64,000 nt of DNA from Bifidobacteriaceae bacterium (GCA_031270825.1 JAISXH010000044.1:29444-93443), one strand, 5' to 3'; numbered from the stretch's first letter, positions 37,369 through 46,286 are shown. The notes: generated from the sequence alone by a model not told the origin. Program-made: numbers and translations.

Positions 37369-37433
37369 TTGTGCTGATTCCGCAAGGGGACGGTGATTGT
37401 GTTGATTCCGCAGGGGGACGGTGATTGTGCTGA
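37357..37433 (+). repeat. Tandem array of 2.75 units of a 28-nt repeat, (G/A)GGGGACGGTGATTGTG(C/T)TGATTCCGCA.
   Basis: Units at 37357..37384, 37385..37412 and 37413..37433 (partial). Unit 1 contains the aldose-epimerase stop codon (TGA 37366..37368). The array nearly fills the 78-nt gap to the convergent otsB stop. Confidence 0.9.
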
Positions 37434-37446
37434 GGGGCGCGAGCGC

Positions 37447-38454
37447 CTAACGGGCCTCGGGCGTTCGCGGACCGCCGGATTCGAGGGCGGTGGCCAGATC
37501 GGCCAAGAAATCGGCCACGGCCGCCGGATCAGGGAGGCGCAGTTCGGCGGTAGTCGGGCCAGGGCCGACCTTTAGGCCGAGGTCGGGCGGGTGGATGGTT
37601 CTCAGGGCGAGCTCGTCGGTGGTGTCGTCGCCGGCGAAAACCATACGGTCGGCATCGGCGGCCCTCCTTAGACGGGCCAAGGCGGAGGCCTTGCCGACCG
37701 GCAAGACCGACACTTCGACCACCATCTTGCCCGGCATCAGGTGGCCGCCCAGGGCCTTGCCGAGCTTGGCCGCCTGCGCTTCCAGCTCGCGGGCCCGCGC
37801 GCGGTCGGTCATCGGGCGGGTGTGGAAGACGGCGGCGAAAGGCTTGGCTTCGACCCAGGCCCCGGCTCCGGCGGCGGTGGCGGCCAATTCTTGCAGGGCC
37901 TTGGATATCTGGCCCAGGCGTTGGGCCCGCGCCGGGGAGATAACCAGCGGCTCGAGCACGGCCAGACCACCGGATAGGCGACCCCGTTCCGCCCCATGCG
38001 ACCCGATCAGGATCGTGGACTCAGGCGGACGCGCCAACTGCGCCAGATCGGCCGCCGGCCGCCCCGACACCAGGGCCAACTGGACGCGGTCGATCCGGGA
38101 CAGGCGTTCCAAGGCGGCGCTGGCTGCCGGCACCGGGCGCGACTTGGTCGGGTCCTCAACCAGGGGCGCCAGCGTCCCGTCGAAATCAAGCGCCACCAAC
38201 AGCCTCCGAGCCACTGCCAGGCGGCCGATAGCCTGGGCCCAAATCGGCCCTCCTGGTGTGCGGCCATCACCCGGCGCACCACCACCAGCCGCCATCGAAT
38301 CGTCCGGAGCCCCCCCGTCAACCGCCGTCCCGCCGGCGCCCGCCGTCCCTGCGACATCCGCCGTCCCGCCAACACCCGCCGTCCCGCCGGCGCCCGCCTT
38401 CCCGCCGGCGCCCGCCTTCCCGCCGGCCGCCGCCCCCTTGTGCTCCTGGGTCAC
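37447..38454 (-). CDS. otsB: Trehalose-phosphatase.
   Basis: ORF track. The GTG start overlaps the otsA stop (GTGA). HAD motif I LVALDFDGTLAP. The N-terminal ~75 aa are Gly/Ala-rich repeats. Confidence 0.85.
   Translation of the reverse strand: MTQEHKGAAAGGKAGAGGKAGAGGTAGVGGTADVAGTAGAGGTAVDGGAPDDSMAAGGGAPGDGRTPGGPIWAQAIGRLAVARRLLVALDFDGTLAPLVEDPTKSRPVPAASAALERLSRIDRVQLALVSGRPAADLAQLARPPESTILIGSHGAERGRLSGGLAVLEPLVISPARAQRLGQISKALQELAATAAGAGAWVEAKPFAAVFHTRPMTDRARARELEAQAAKLGKALGGHLMPGKMVVEVSVLPVGKASALARLRRAADADRMVFAGDDTTDELALRTIHPPDLGLKVGPGPTTAELRLPDPAAVADFLADLATALESGGPRTPEAR
38323..38430 (-). repeat. Six in-frame 18-nt tandem repeats encoding GAGG(K/T)A-type hexapeptides at the OtsB N-terminus.
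   Basis: Plus-strand units cgcc(g/t)tccc(g/t)cc(g/a)(g/a)c(g/a)cc at 38323, 38341, 38359, 38377, 38395 and 38413. Protein: GGKAGAGGKAGAGGTAGVGGTADVAGTAGAGGTAV. Confidence 0.85.
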
Positions 38455-39857
38455 CGCGCCGCCAGCGTGCCGAGGAAGGACGACGCCCAGCTGGAGACAT
38501 CGTTCTCCAAAACCCGCCGCCGCAGGGCCTGCATCCGGCGGCGCTGTTCCCGGGGGCTCATGGCGACAGCGCGCAGGATCGCGTTCTTGAGTCCGTCGAT
38601 GTCATGCGGGTTGACCAGCAGCGCCTGGCGCAATTCGTCTGCCGCGCCGGTGAATTCTGACAACACCAAAGCTCCACGGCCGTCGACCCGCGAGGCGACA
38701 TACTCCTTGGCGACCAGGTTCATGCCGTCGCGCAGCGCGGTCACCAACATCACGTCGGCGGCCAGATACAGGGCGGCCATCTCGTCTGGGTCCTGGTTCT
38801 GGTGCAGATAGTGGATGGCGGGCGAGCCCAGCGACCCGAAATCGCCGGCGATTCGCCCAACCGTTGTCTCGACATCGTCCCGAAGGGCCTGGTAGGCGCT
38901 GACGTTGTCGCGCGACGGACTGGCCACCTGCACCATCACCACGCCAGGCACCTTCAGGCGGCCGCCCCGGAGCAACTCCTCATAGGCTTTCAGCCGGTGC
39001 GCGATCCCCTTGGTGTAGTCGAGCCGGTCGACGCCGAACAAGATGGCGTCCGGGTTTCCCAGCTCAGAGCGGATCTCGCGGGCTCGCGCCTGGACTAGCG
39101 GCTGGCGGGCACGGGCGTCGACCGCCGTCGAATCGATCGAAATGGGGAAGGCCGAGGACATGACATCCCGGACGCCGCCGTCGCTCTCCCGCACCAGGAT
39201 GTGATGTCCTCGCGTGGTCAGGCCGGTCACCCGCCGGACGCAGGAGCGGAAGTTGCCCGCATCCTGGGCCCTCTGAAAGCCGATCAGGTCCGCCCCGAGC
39301 AGGCCCATCAGGATTTCGCGCCGCCAGGGCAACTGCGCGAACAGCGCTTCGGGCGGGAAGGGGATGTGGTTGAAGAACCCGACTTTGACGTCCGGACGCA
39401 GTTGCTTGATCATCGACGGGACCAGTTGCAATTGGTAGTCCTGGACCCAGACGGTGCCGCCTTCACTCACCGCCGCCGCCGCCTTTTCGGCGAACTTGCC
39501 GTTGACGGCCCGGTAGGCCTCATGCCACTCGCGGTGGTATTCCGGCTGCGTGATGACGTCGTGATAGAGCGGCCACAGGGTCGCGTTGGAGAATCCCTCG
39601 TAGTACTCGGCGATTTCTGTGGCGCTGAGGGCGACGGGGATGGACCAGATGCCATCCAGCCGGATCGGATCGAAGCTGAAGTCGGGGGTGCCCGGCCAGC
39701 CAACCCATGCGCCGCTGCGCTCGGAGAGGACGGGTTGCAGAGCGGTGACCAGTCCCCCGGGCGAGCGGCCGTAGGTTATCTGACCGTCTGCGGCCCGAGA
39801 AACGTCGATGGGGAGACGATTAGACACCACGACCAGATCGGACAGTGTGGCGGTCAT
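38451..39857 (-). CDS. otsA: Alpha,alpha-trehalose-phosphate synthase (GT20).
   Basis: ORF 38451..40061, with the start moved to ATG 39857 (MTATLSDLVVVSNRLP; GGAGAG upstream). Typical OtsA length of 468 aa. Confidence 0.9.
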   Translation of the reverse strand: MTATLSDLVVVSNRLPIDVSRAADGQITYGRSPGGLVTALQPVLSERSGAWVGWPGTPDFSFDPIRLDGIWSIPVALSATEIAEYYEGFSNATLWPLYHDVITQPEYHREWHEAYRAVNGKFAEKAAAAVSEGGTVWVQDYQLQLVPSMIKQLRPDVKVGFFNHIPFPPEALFAQLPWRREILMGLLGADLIGFQRAQDAGNFRSCVRRVTGLTTRGHHILVRESDGGVRDVMSSAFPISIDSTAVDARARQPLVQARAREIRSELGNPDAILFGVDRLDYTKGIAHRLKAYEELLRGGRLKVPGVVMVQVASPSRDNVSAYQALRDDVETTVGRIAGDFGSLGSPAIHYLHQNQDPDEMAALYLAADVMLVTALRDGMNLVAKEYVASRVDGRGALVLSEFTGAADELRQALLVNPHDIDGLKNAILRAVAMSPREQRRRMQALRRRVLENDVSSWASSFLGTLAAR

Positions 39858-40294
39858 TAAGTCTCTCCTAGCCATGTCAGCGGCAACTGGACGGTAATGA
39901 TAGTGCAAAGGTCCTGGACGCGCCTGCGCCGCCGGCCTGGCTCGGCCCCCGTGGGCGCCCGGTGGAGCGCTTGGTTTTGTCGCACGATGCCGTCTGGCCG
40001 CCTCCCGCCTCCCGACCCGTCCGCAGACATCGCCTCGCCAGCCGAAATCCCGCCGTTCCACGCCGGTGCGGGCAGCGGCCTCGCGATACGTTCTAACCCT
40101 TGGTCCACCGATCCTCGCCCGCGGCCCCGCCCCGGGCTGGCCTGCGGGCCGTCCCTGACCAGCTCAACCGGCCTCCGGCCGGTGATCGCCGGCCGGGAAG
40201 GCCGCAGCACCTGCCTGGTGCCGCCGGCTACGGCGATTATCGGCGGATCGAGGCTAAGGTGTCTTGAAACGGTTGAGAACGGAAGGTAGCCCAC

Positions 40295-40891
40295 ATGTAT
40301 GACGAAGAATCCCCAGTTCGCCACTCGGTGGACCCGACCCCCCAATCGAGAACTTGGCTGTGGGCGTCCATCTTGGCGGTGGTGATGATCGTGGTGGCGG
40401 CGCTGCTGTATATCTTTGTCGTCCGGGAAAAGGCGACCAAGGCCGTTCCGCCGCCGGCGACTATAACTATCACTCGCACAGCCTCGCCGCCCACGCCCAA
40501 GGCGCAGCCATCGCCGCGCGAATCCGGCACCGCCTTCTATGACTCCATCCCGTCCGTGCTGGGCGCCTACGTGTTGACGGCGACGGCCGAGAACCCTGAC
40601 TGGGAGGCTTTGGGGGCCTTCGACTCCTACGTTCTGACTTACACGGACGGCGATCAGGAAGCGACTCTGCGGGCTGGCCAGTGGCGGACCGAAGAGGCCG
40701 CGACTGAGGCTTTCGATTCCCTGGGCGGCCCCGCCGCCTGGCCCGGCGCGAGTTTCGACCCGGCCGCGACGCAATGCCCGCCGGCGCCGGAGCCGGATGT
40801 CCAGGCCTTGTGGGCCAACCAGACCGCCGTCTTCCAAATCGACGTCGCTAACGGGGGCGCGGGCGAGTTGTTCTGCCTCATGCCGATGTAG
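40295..40891 (+). CDS. Hypothetical single-pass membrane protein.
   Basis: ORF track, 198 aa. GGAAGG RBS, TM helix TWLWASILAVVMIVVAALLYIFVV, Pro-rich linker, and a ~120-aa extracytoplasmic domain. No family recognised. Confidence 0.55.
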   Translation: MYDEESPVRHSVDPTPQSRTWLWASILAVVMIVVAALLYIFVVREKATKAVPPPATITITRTASPPTPKAQPSPRESGTAFYDSIPSVLGAYVLTATAENPDWEALGAFDSYVLTYTDGDQEATLRAGQWRTEEAATEAFDSLGGPAAWPGASFDPAATQCPPAPEPDVQALWANQTAVFQIDVANGGAGELFCLMPM

Positions 40892-41016
40892 TTCGCGATT
40901 GGCCTGGCCCCCCGCAGCACCGCAGCCCGGCAGCCCGGCGTTGCGATGGCTTCGGAACCACGTCAGGCGCGGGCCCTCGGCCGGCGGGAGTGTCTTGGTT
41001 TCGGTCTGGAGACCGG

Positions 41017-41709
41017 TCAGGGCCGGGCGGCGAATCGATCCAACAGGGTGGTGTTGCCGGAGACTATGAGCAGGTCCTGGCGCGAGACGCGGGTGTCGTC
41101 GGTGGCGTATTCGAACTCTTGACCAGGGGACTTGACGCCGATCACGGTGACGCCGTACTTCTTGAGGACCTGCGATTGGCCCAGGGTGAAGCCGATCATT
41201 TCCTTGGGCGGATGCATCTTGACGATGGTGAAGCCGTCTTCGAACTCGATGTAATCGAGTAGGCGACCGGAAACCAGGTGGGCGACCCGCTCACCCGCGT
41301 CGGCCTCTGGCAAGATGACCTGGCTGGCGCCGATCCGGCGCAGGATGCGCGCGTGCTCGGACGAGGTGGCCTTGGCCCAGACTTCACTTAGGCCCAAGTC
41401 GACCAGGTTGGATGTGATCAGGACCGAGGCTTCCAGGGCGGTGCCCACGCCGACCACGGCGATGGGGAAGTCACGCGCGCCAAGTTGTTCCAGGGCCTCT
41501 GGGTCAGTGCAGTCGGCTTCGACTAGGGGCAGGCGCCCCGACCAGCGCCGGATCACCTCGGGGTCCTTTTCGACCGCCAGAACCTCGCGGCCCAGGCGGT
41601 CTACGGTCAGGGCGAGGCGGGAGCCGAACCGGCCCATGCCGATCACGAGCACGGCGCCATCGGTGGGAAGGGGAGCGTCCGATCCGTCCGATGATCGTTT
41701 GTGGTCCAT
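41017..41709 (-). CDS. trkA: Potassium uptake protein TrkA (RCK: TrkA-N plus TrkA-C).
   Basis: ORF track. Rossmann motif VLVIGMGRFGSRLA. Confidence 0.9.
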   Translation of the reverse strand: MDHKRSSDGSDAPLPTDGAVLVIGMGRFGSRLALTVDRLGREVLAVEKDPEVIRRWSGRLPLVEADCTDPEALEQLGARDFPIAVVGVGTALEASVLITSNLVDLGLSEVWAKATSSEHARILRRIGASQVILPEADAGERVAHLVSGRLLDYIEFEDGFTIVKMHPPKEMIGFTLGQSQVLKKYGVTVIGVKSPGQEFEYATDDTRVSRQDLLIVSGNTTLLDRFAARP

Positions 41710-41784
41710 TGGTCAATTCCTTTCCATCTGTCCAATCCGCGCGGTCTGCTCAGTTGGCCTGGGCGCGGTCAATCCCGATTCGCG

Positions 41785-43161
41785 TTAGCCGACGATCGGC
41801 CGCTCCTCCGGCAGCCGGATGACCCGGCGGCGGTTCGTCATGGCCACCGAGGTGGCGATTGTCATGGTGCCAAGTCGGCCGGTCAACATCAAGGCGGCCA
41901 GGGTCAGTTTGCCGATCGGCGGCAGCGTCGCCGACAGGCCGGTGGACAGCCCGCAGGTGGCGAAGGCCGAAATGCACTCGAACAGGATTCGAGTCAGCGG
42001 CGCCTCGCAGACCAGTGAGAGGATCAAAGCGCCGGTGAAGACGAACATCACTGAGGCGACCGCCACAGTCACCGCCACCCGCAGAATCGAAGGTTCGATG
42101 CGCCGCCCGAAGGCCTCCATGTCCCGGTCGCCGCGGGCTTCGGCCCTGATGGCGAGGAGCATCACTGCCAAAGTGGTGACCTTGATGCCTCCGGCGGTGG
42201 AGGCGGAGCCTCCCCCGACAAACATCAGGGCGTCCTGCAGCAGCGTGGTGGCGGGGTCCTGGGCCGTCACGGCAAAGGTGGAGAATCCGCCGGAGCGCGT
42301 GTTGACGCTTGCGAACAGCGCGCCCAGCAGCGTCGCGCTGGTGGATTCGGGCCCCAGCGTGTTCGGGTTGTTCCACTCGATGGCGGCGAAGGCCGCCCAG
42401 GCGATGGCCAGCAGCGCCAGACAGAAGCTGATGGTCAGCTTCGAGTGCAGGCTCAGGGCCGAAGGGTGGCGCCAGTGCCTGGTCAGGTCGAGGATCACCG
42501 GGAAGCCGAGCGAGCCGACCAACACCGCCGTCATGATCGGGGCCAAAACCCACCAATCGGACGCGAAAGCGTCCAGTCCTTGGACGGTCGGCACGAAGCC
42601 GGCGTTGTTGAACGCCGAGACGCCATAGAACAGGCCGTGCCACAGCGCCTGCCCCAGGGGCTCTCCGGCCATTGCGAAGCGTGGCGTCAAGATGGCCATG
42701 AGCAGCAGTTCGACTACGACCGAAATGATGGCCACGGCCCGTACCAGGACGCCGACTTCGCCCAGACGGGAAGTGCCGGTTTCCGATGCCGTCAACAGTT
42801 TTGAGCGCAGCCCCAACCGTCGGTAGGCCGCGAAGGACAGCATCGATCCCAGCGTCATCACGCCCAGTCCGCCCACCTGCATGCCGGCCACGATCACCGC
42901 TTGGCCGAAGCCGGACCAGTATTCGGCCGTGGGAACAGTGGTCAGGCCGGTGACGCAGACGGCGGATGTGGCGGTGAAGACGGCGTCGACCAGGTTGGGC
43001 GAATAGGGCCCGGCGCGAGCGGTCGGGAGGCAGAGTAGAGCGGCCACCACCAGGATCACGAGCATGAAGGTGGCGACCGCCAAACGGGCGGGCGGGGTGT
43101 GGGCCAGGCGCTCGCCGAATGAGCGCGGCGCCCCGGCGCCGCCTGTCCTGGCTTCCCGCAT
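41785..43161 (-). CDS. trkH: TrkH/KtrB-family potassium transporter.
   Basis: ORF track, 458 aa, polytopic, with repeated selectivity-filter-like segments (TGLTT, NAGF, RSGGFST, TCGLS). Confidence 0.9.
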   Translation of the reverse strand: MREARTGGAGAPRSFGERLAHTPPARLAVATFMLVILVVAALLCLPTARAGPYSPNLVDAVFTATSAVCVTGLTTVPTAEYWSGFGQAVIVAGMQVGGLGVMTLGSMLSFAAYRRLGLRSKLLTASETGTSRLGEVGVLVRAVAIISVVVELLLMAILTPRFAMAGEPLGQALWHGLFYGVSAFNNAGFVPTVQGLDAFASDWWVLAPIMTAVLVGSLGFPVILDLTRHWRHPSALSLHSKLTISFCLALLAIAWAAFAAIEWNNPNTLGPESTSATLLGALFASVNTRSGGFSTFAVTAQDPATTLLQDALMFVGGGSASTAGGIKVTTLAVMLLAIRAEARGDRDMEAFGRRIEPSILRVAVTVAVASVMFVFTGALILSLVCEAPLTRILFECISAFATCGLSTGLSATLPPIGKLTLAALMLTGRLGTMTIATSVAMTNRRRVIRLPEERPIVG

Positions 43162-43231
43162 GGGTTCACACTACTAACAACGGTCACTACAGTGGTCATT
43201 GGCAACAGCACTCACTTCAGAAAGTTCAGTT

Positions 43232-43438
43232 ATGGACTCCCAGCCGTCCTTCTTGACCGTGTCGGAGGTCGCCCAGACCTTGCGCGTCTCCGACATGACC
43301 ATCTATCGCCTGATCGCCAATGGCGATCTGCGCGCGCTCAAAGTGGGGCGGTCATACCGCATTCCGGCGGCGGCGATGGCCGAATGGCTGGGGGACGCCG
43401 CTGACTGGGAGGCCGGTCCAGCGGCCAAGCGCGCCTGA
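43232..43438 (+). CDS. Excisionase-family helix-turn-helix DNA-binding protein (Rv0500A-like).
   Basis: ORF 43199..43438 (TTG); ATG 43232 preferred. Sequence SFLTVSEVAQTLRVSDMTIYRLIANGDLRALKVGRSYRIP. Confidence 0.8.
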   Translation: MDSQPSFLTVSEVAQTLRVSDMTIYRLIANGDLRALKVGRSYRIPAAAMAEWLGDAADWEAGPAAKRA

Positions 43439-43689
43439 TTGAGTCCCGGCCCCATCAGGGTCCTGGCGCCCCGATGTTCGCGCCGGGGCGGCGGCGCGCG
43501 ATAAGATGCAACGCCTGGGCATCAGCTCCCGAAGCGGAATCCCAGGCCAAAACTGTGTTTGCCGGCTGTGTTTGCGATGGTCAACGTTCTGGAGACCGCC
43601 GTCAACCGGGACGGTGGCCGTTGGCCGCCGCCGGAAGCGGGCAGGTTCACAAGCCATAGATCACGCACCAACAGAACTGTGAGGACCGT

Positions 43690-43788
43690 ATGGGGTCGGT
43701 AATCAAGAAGCGCCGCAAGCGGATGGCGAAGAAGAAGCACCGCAAACTGCTGCGCAAGACCCGGCATCAGCGGCGCAACAAGAAGTAG
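43690..43788 (+). CDS. 30S ribosomal protein bS22 (32 aa, actinobacterial).
   Basis: Too short for the ORF track. My translation is [32 protein letters not shown], with GAGGA 4 nt upstream. It is nearly identical from memory to mycobacterial bS22 (Rv0500B) and follows the Rv0500A-like HTH gene. Confidence 0.85.
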   Translation: MGSVIKKRRKRMAKKKHRKLLRKTRHQRRNKK

Positions 43789-44031
43789 CCGCAACGCCGG
43801 CGGCGCCCCGCCGGCCGCGGCGTCTTGGCGGCCGCGCGGCCTTCCCCTGAGCGGCGCCGTGGTCGTCCGGATCGAAGTAGGCGCTGAGGGCGCCGTCGCG
43901 CCCAGCATCTGAGCGCCTGCCTGCTCAGGGCGCGAGATCGCCGGTCAGCGCTGAGCGGCGGACCCGTGCAGGCCGTAAGTTGGGTGGCCCGAAACCGTAT
44001 CGGCACCCGACTAGCAACGGAGGAATCTCTC

Positions 44032-44649
44032 ATGACGCATACCGCCCCTACCCGCGACTCGCGCACTTGGGCCGACCTGACCCCTGGAACCTGGCTGGTC
44101 GACCAACGTAACTCCGCCGCCCACTTCGAGGTCTCGCACGCGCTGGTCTCCAAGATCCGCGGTGTCATCCCCATCTCTGGCGGGACCATCGAGGTGGGCC
44201 CAGACCTGGCCACTTCGAGCGTCAACCTGGGCTTCGAGCCGGCCGGCGTCACGACTGGTCTGGGCGACCGCGACGACTTGCTGCGTGGCCCCAACTTCTT
44301 CGACGTGGTGTCCTATCCGGTCTGGAGTTTCGAGTCCACGAGCATTTCACGGGATGACCACGATTTGGTCGTCACGGGCGAACTGACCATTCACGGCCAA
44401 AGCCGATCCCAGGGCTTCAACGTCCAGTTCACCGGCGTGGACGAATCCCAATCCGGCGTCCCGGTGGCGGGATTCACCGCCTCCGGCCAGTTCGATCGCC
44501 GCGATTTCGGCCTGGACTGGACTGCCGGGCAGGCCGGCAGTCACATCCGCACCGGCCACAAAGTCGAAGTGACCGTGTATGTGGTGGCCAGCGCGGCCGG
44601 ATCGAACTGGATCGACGAAACGGTGGTGGACGTGGTCGCCGCCGTCTAG
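44032..44649 (+). CDS. YceI-family polyisoprenoid-binding protein.
   Basis: ORF 43966..44649, with the start at ATG 44032 (GGAGGA RBS). Motifs: AAHFEVSHALVSKIRG, FFDVVSYPVWSF, LTIHGQS, FDRRDFGLDW. Confidence 0.85.
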   Translation: MTHTAPTRDSRTWADLTPGTWLVDQRNSAAHFEVSHALVSKIRGVIPISGGTIEVGPDLATSSVNLGFEPAGVTTGLGDRDDLLRGPNFFDVVSYPVWSFESTSISRDDHDLVVTGELTIHGQSRSQGFNVQFTGVDESQSGVPVAGFTASGQFDRRDFGLDWTAGQAGSHIRTGHKVEVTVYVVASAAGSNWIDETVVDVVAAV

Positions 44650-44652
44650 CGT

Positions 44653-45543
44653 CTAGCGGCGCGAGTTCTTCTTGGCGGGGCGGCGCGTGAAGCCGCGCAC
44701 CAGCCGTTGGGCCACGATCCACGCCGCCCAGACCGCCCCCACGCGCGATGCCGCCCGCAGGGAGCGCCGCACCGCCCGGCGCTTGTCGCGGAACTCGCGC
44801 ACCGGCCAGCGGTGCTCGCGGCAGTAGCGGCGCAGACGCCGGTCGGGATTGATGCCGCAGGGATGGCCCACGGCCGACAAGATCGGAATGTCGTTGGCGG
44901 AGTCGCCGTAGGCGTAGGACGCGGCCAGGTCGATCCCGCGCAGGCTGGCCAACTCGAGCGCCGCCGTCGCCTTGGCCGGGCCGTGTAACAAGCCGCCCAC
45001 CAGCTGTCCGGTGAAGTACCCGTCGACTGCTTCGGCCTGCGTGCCCAGTCCGCCCGTGGCGCCGACCCGCGCCGCCACCAACTCGACCACCGCCGTTGGC
45101 GAAGCCGAGATCAGCCAGACCTCGTGGCCCCGGGCCAGATGCTGGTCGACCAGGTCTTTCGCCCCCGGGAAGATCCTTCCCACCAAGACCTGGTCCCAGA
45201 CCTGTTCGGCCACGGCCACCATCTGGGCGACCGGCTGTCCCTTGATCGCGTCCAGCGAGCGGGTGCGAGTCGTGGAAACGCCGCCGCTCGATTCGCCAAA
45301 CAACTCATAACGCAGGTTCAACCAGGAAAACCGGGCGATGTCCCGGGCCGACACCAACCGGCGGCGAAACAGGCCGACCCCAAGGTGGAAGACGCTGGCG
45401 CCGCGCAAGATCGTGTTGTCGACATCGAACAGGGCAGCCACACGGCCCGGGGCGGCAGGCTCGCCCGAGGGCCGGGCTGGTGGCTTCGAGCCGAGCGATT
45501 CGGTCACTGAAACTAGTATTGCGGCGCCTGGCGCGCTGGCCAA
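44653..45543 (-). CDS. HAD-IB family hydrolase (SerB-like).
   Basis: ORF track. Motif I AALFDVDNTIL, motif IV AYGDSANDIP. The start is uncertain. Confidence 0.8.
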   Translation of the reverse strand: MASAPGAAILVSVTESLGSKPPARPSGEPAAPGRVAALFDVDNTILRGASVFHLGVGLFRRRLVSARDIARFSWLNLRYELFGESSGGVSTTRTRSLDAIKGQPVAQMVAVAEQVWDQVLVGRIFPGAKDLVDQHLARGHEVWLISASPTAVVELVAARVGATGGLGTQAEAVDGYFTGQLVGGLLHGPAKATAALELASLRGIDLAASYAYGDSANDIPILSAVGHPCGINPDRRLRRYCREHRWPVREFRDKRRAVRRSLRAASRVGAVWAAWIVAQRLVRGFTRRPAKKNSRR

Positions 45544-45650
45544 ACGGGCCGGTCACAGGTCCAAACGCAAACGGGGGTGGCGGCGGGGGCCGGCGAGGCG
45601 GCATCGTGCGTCAATTGGACCTGGGTTGGAGGGTCAACCAAACTAGAAGG

Positions 45651-46286
45651 ATGGCCCGGCCGCGAACCACGATCCACCTTGTCCGCCACGGCGAAGTCGA
45701 CAACCCCGAGGCTGTGCTCTACGAGCGGCTGCCCGGGTACCACTTGTCTGACCTGGGCCGGGCGATGGCGGCCCGAGTCGCAGAACACTTCGCCGAAGAC
45801 TCCGGGCGGCCGGTGGACCGACTGGTGGCCAGCCCGCTGGAGCGAGCCCAAGAGACCGCGGCGCCCATCGCCCAGGCGCTTGGACTGGAGGTGACCAGTG
45901 AACCGCGCGTCATCGAAGCGGCTTCGAAGCTGGCGGGCAAGCGTGTCGACTTTCCCAATCTGGTCAAGACGGGACGCCCGTCTTGGCTGATCAACCCGCT
46001 GAAGCCGTCCTGGGGCGAGCCCTTCGCGGACATCGCCGACCGGATGGACGCGGCCTTGGCCGATTTGCGGGCCCAGATTCCAGGCGGCCGGGCGATCGTG
46101 GTCTCGCACCAGTCGCCGATTTGGCGCGCGCGCCGACGGGCCGAGGGCCGGTCGTTGTGGCCGCTGCCGCGCGGGCGTGCCTGCTCGCTGGCCTCGATCA
46201 CCACGCTGGTCTACGAGGGCGACCGGGTCAGCGCCGTCGGCTATTACGAACCCGCCGCCGACCTGTTGCCCGAGGAACTGCGCTGA
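45651..46286 (+). CDS. Histidine phosphatase family protein (phosphoglycerate mutase-like).
   Basis: ORF 45480..46286, with the start at ATG 45651 (AGAAGG RBS). Motifs: IHLVRHGEV, VVSHQSP. Confidence 0.8.
   Translation: MARPRTTIHLVRHGEVDNPEAVLYERLPGYHLSDLGRAMAARVAEHFAEDSGRPVDRLVASPLERAQETAAPIAQALGLEVTSEPRVIEAASKLAGKRVDFPNLVKTGRPSWLINPLKPSWGEPFADIADRMDAALADLRAQIPGGRAIVVSHQSPIWRARRRAEGRSLWPLPRGRACSLASITTLVYEGDRVSAVGYYEPAADLLPEELR

Noticed and set aside
37357-37433. CRISPR array, or translated mini-ORFs, in the 28-nt tandem repeat. The repeat encodes VLIPQGDGDCVDSAGGR with an SD-like GGGGGA before a GTG.
   Set aside because: The units are contiguous with no spacers, there are only 2.75 units, and there are no cas genes, so it is not a CRISPR array. 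The peptide reading frames simply follow from the DNA repeat, change frame between units (28 nt is not a multiple of 3), and run antisense into otsB. There is no evidence of coding.
38451-40061. N-terminally extended ORF versions in the track. Examples: otsA from 40061, menB from 51495, menD from 52121, lysS from 25139, panC from 24126, metY from 8854, ispF from 28687, nuoC from 60307.
   Set aside because: The extensions lack homology, often overlap the upstream gene in another frame, and have no RBS. Internal starts with an SD and the expected conserved N-termini were chosen instead. Exact starts remain uncertain without experimental or alignment data.
39897-40289. A 130-aa ORF in the otsA-upstream spacer as a possible novel small protein.
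   Set aside because: It has no RBS and a composition dominated by Arg/Pro/Ser. It has no hydrophobic core or motif, and it ends 6 nt before a well-supported gene start in another frame. Judged non-coding.
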